Shown one piece after another: positions 16,332-18,412 of a stretch of DNA of 18,412 bases. Position numbers and translations under genes: made by a program. The notes below the pieces were generated by a model. It was not told the DNA's origin and did no database searches. It saw only the letters and a program-made list of their open reading frames with translations. Source of the DNA: a virus. Taxonomy: Duplodnaviria > Heunggongvirae > Uroviricota > Caudoviricetes. The stretch is from positions 1-18,412 of IMG/VR virus record IMGVR_UViG_3300034102_002786, one strand, 5' to 3'. Position 1 is the first letter of the stretch, and every line of letters starts with the position of its first letter.

Positions 16332-17319
16332 GATAGCTTTCCTAACTGAAATGGGATTTGTTGGAAAAGTTCCAGCTAATCATCCAAATATGAGAACGGA
16401 GTTTGCTTGGATGCATGCTTTAGATGCTGACCATTATAATCTTCATCTATTTGGTTCTGATAAAAATTTGACAGGATATGACCATGTCTTTATTATATTT
16501 CCAAAAGGTAAAACATTTTTAAGTTCGGAGGGCAGTACATTGGTAAGAGGTACTAATCCAGTTTCTGAATTATTGAGGCAAGATATAGTTGAAAGAATTA
16601 AAGCAAAAGGTAATGGTTCGGTTCACTATATTCAAGAAGGACCTCATTGGTGGTATAACGATTACGAAATATCAGACCAAGTTTATTTCTATAACTTTTT
16701 AGCAAGTTGTGATTCAATTTTCACACATAATGATTCTGATGTATATTACTATAAAGGATTGTTTCCTAATAAAAAGGTAAGACCTATTGGTACATTAATG
16801 ATTGATACTTTAATTAAAGATATTGTACCAACAAAAGAAGATAAAGCAATTATAGGTGGTAACTTCGCAAGATGGTATGGTGGGTTTGAGAGTTATATGA
16901 TAGCTGGTAATTTCGAAGTTCCTATTTGGGCACAAACATCACATGCTATGAGAATTGGTGAGGATAGTGTGGATAATCTAACTCACTTACCTCGAATGAT
17001 GTGGAACGAATGGATGGCTGTATTATCAACATTCAAATACGGAGTTCATATGATGCCAACGGTAGCAGCTGGAACATTTGCTCTTAATTGTGCATATTTT
17101 GGAATACCTTGTATTGGAAATCAAGATGTAGATACTCAATTACTTTGTCATCCATCTTTATCGGTAGCAGTGAATGATTTGGAAACTGCAAGAGAATTGG
17201 CAATACAATTAAGAAATGATAAAGAGTTTTATAATCAATGTTCAGAAATAGCAAAATCAAATTATGAAGCTTGTTTTTCAAAGGAAGTTTGGTTACAACG
17301 AATAAAAAGAGAATTATGA
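16318..17319 (+). CDS. Divergent GT-B-like glycosyltransferase
   Basis: GTFALNCAYFGIPCIG and a C-terminal helix resembling GT-B enzymes. Start moved from TTG 16288 to ATG 16318 (MIQSKIAF). Confidence 0.5.
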   Translation: MIQSKIAFLTEMGFVGKVPANHPNMRTEFAWMHALDADHYNLHLFGSDKNLTGYDHVFIIFPKGKTFLSSEGSTLVRGTNPVSELLRQDIVERIKAKGNGSVHYIQEGPHWWYNDYEISDQVYFYNFLASCDSIFTHNDSDVYYYKGLFPNKKVRPIGTLMIDTLIKDIVPTKEDKAIIGGNFARWYGGFESYMIAGNFEVPIWAQTSHAMRIGEDSVDNLTHLPRMMWNEWMAVLSTFKYGVHMMPTVAAGTFALNCAYFGIPCIGNQDVDTQLLCHPSLSVAVNDLETARELAIQLRNDKEFYNQCSEIAKSNYEACFSKEVWLQRIKREL

Positions 17320-18083
17320 TAACAGTTATATTAAATGGTTACAAAAGAGGTGCTAATCTTAATGAACAAATGGAAGCACTTAAAAAACAAACTGTTCAGC
17401 CGGATGAGATATTGGTGTGGTATAATAACCCTGATGATAATGAATTAATCAATTACGATATTGGTACAGAAGTTCCCGTTGCATATTGTAATTACAACTT
17501 TGGTGTGTGGGCACGATTTGCTTTCGCATTTATGGCTCGTAATCCTTATGTATGTATATTTGATGATGATACAATACCTGGTTCAAAGTGGCTAGAGAAT
17601 TGTATGAACACAATGAAAGAAAATGAAGGTTTGTTGGGGACGGTGGGACTACTTTATTTGAATCCACTATCAGCAGAACATTCATCTTATTACGAACACT
17701 ATTTACGATTTGGATGGCCGGAAGCTGGTAATAATGATAAGACTATTCAAGTTGATTTAGTTGGGCATAGTTGGTTCTTTAAAAAAGAATGGTTATCTTA
17801 TATGTGGATGGAGCAACCTGACCCAAAATATAATACATGCGGTGAGGATATGCACTTCTCTTATATGTTACAAAAATATGCTGGAATAAAAACATTTGTA
17901 CCACCACATCCTCGTTCTGATAAAGAAATGTGGGGAAGTACAAAAGGAGCAACTTATGGTGGTGATGCTAACTCACTTTGGGAATCAAACCAAAAAAGTG
18001 TAGAAGGTGTACCATTCAAACAATTAATGAATGATTATTTTCATAAACAAAGACAAAAAGGTTGGAAATTAGTAAATGAATAA
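17316..18083 (+). CDS. GT2-like (GT-A) glycosyltransferase
   Basis: VILNGYKR, QTVQPDEILVW, CIFDDDTIPG and GEDMHFS. Start moved to ATG 17316 (ATGA overlap with the upstream stop). Confidence 0.75.
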   Translation: MITVILNGYKRGANLNEQMEALKKQTVQPDEILVWYNNPDDNELINYDIGTEVPVAYCNYNFGVWARFAFAFMARNPYVCIFDDDTIPGSKWLENCMNTMKENEGLLGTVGLLYLNPLSAEHSSYYEHYLRFGWPEAGNNDKTIQVDLVGHSWFFKKEWLSYMWMEQPDPKYNTCGEDMHFSYMLQKYAGIKTFVPPHPRSDKEMWGSTKGATYGGDANSLWESNQKSVEGVPFKQLMNDYFHKQRQKGWKLVNE

Positions 18084-18412
18084 GAAACACCCAATATTAG
18101 TATGTTTTGGAACTAGACCTGAGTGGTTAAAGGTAAAGCCTTTGATTGATATAATGGATAGAAGTGAATACAAACTACTATTCACAGGTCAGCATGAAGA
18201 CCTACTAGCAGATATAAGAGTTGATTTTAGAGTAAATATAGAAGAAAGTTTTCGTCATACTAGATTAGATTCTATTATGATTGCTTGTATGGAATATTTT
18301 CCAAATTACAAGTTCAGCGGTGTGTTGGTGCAAGGTGATACAGCCTCCGCTTTTGCCTGTGCGTTAGCAGCGTTTCATAGAGGAATAAAGGTTTACTATT
18401 TAGAAGCGGGAC
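18076..18412 (+). CDS. wecB: UDP-N-acetylglucosamine 2-epimerase, 3'-truncated (not in ORF track)
   Basis: Manual translation gives MNKKHPILVCFGTRPEWLK...LFTGQHEDL...VLVQGDTASAFACALAAFHRGIKVYYLEAG, with the GTRPE, TGQH, GDT and EAG motifs. Confidence 0.92.
   Translation, partial: MNKKHPILVCFGTRPEWLKVKPLIDIMDRSEYKLLFTGQHEDLLADIRVDFRVNIEESFRHTRLDSIMIACMEYFPNYKFSGVLVQGDTASAFACALAAFHRGIKVYYLEAG

Noticed and set aside
12787-17281. ORFs 12787-13038 (+), 14402-14608 (-) and 17084-17281 (-)
   Set aside because: Nested within glycosyltransferase genes, with no recognisable features.
9177-17315. ORF-track starts at 9177, 16288 and 17271
   Set aside because: They add extensions overlapping upstream genes. 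The ATGs at 9198, 16318 and 17316 fit family N-termini and coupling better.
1-18412. Genome-wide stop-codon recoding in this window
   Set aside because: All genes read through fully under the standard code, with no internal TAG or TGA needed. Only the GT/polB junction is suggestive.

Overview
An AT-rich window with about 24 genes, all on the + strand, most consistent with a large T4-like-replisome dsDNA phage of a Bacteroidota host. The host call rests on four TTTG-N20-TAnnTTT(G/A) promoters and the lack of obvious Shine-Dalgarno sites. The left part (1-12.2 kb) is a replication module: family B DNA polymerase, gp45-like sliding clamp, gp44/RFC and gp62-like clamp-loader subunits, dUTPase and an Fe-S PD-(D/E)XK nuclease. 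Interleaved with it are candidate DNA-modifying genes: two tandem Mom-like GNAT paralogs, a GIY-YIG/ParB-like fusion, a GT-B glycosyltransferase separated from the polymerase by one in-frame TAG, and a solo DruA/DUF4338-like gene directly after the clamp. The right part (12.3-18.4 kb) is a ribbon-helix-helix-led operon of five glycosyltransferases plus a truncated UDP-GlcNAc 2-epimerase. The best candidate for an undescribed system is replication-coupled DNA hypermodification. All family calls come from motif recognition by eye; no database search was run.
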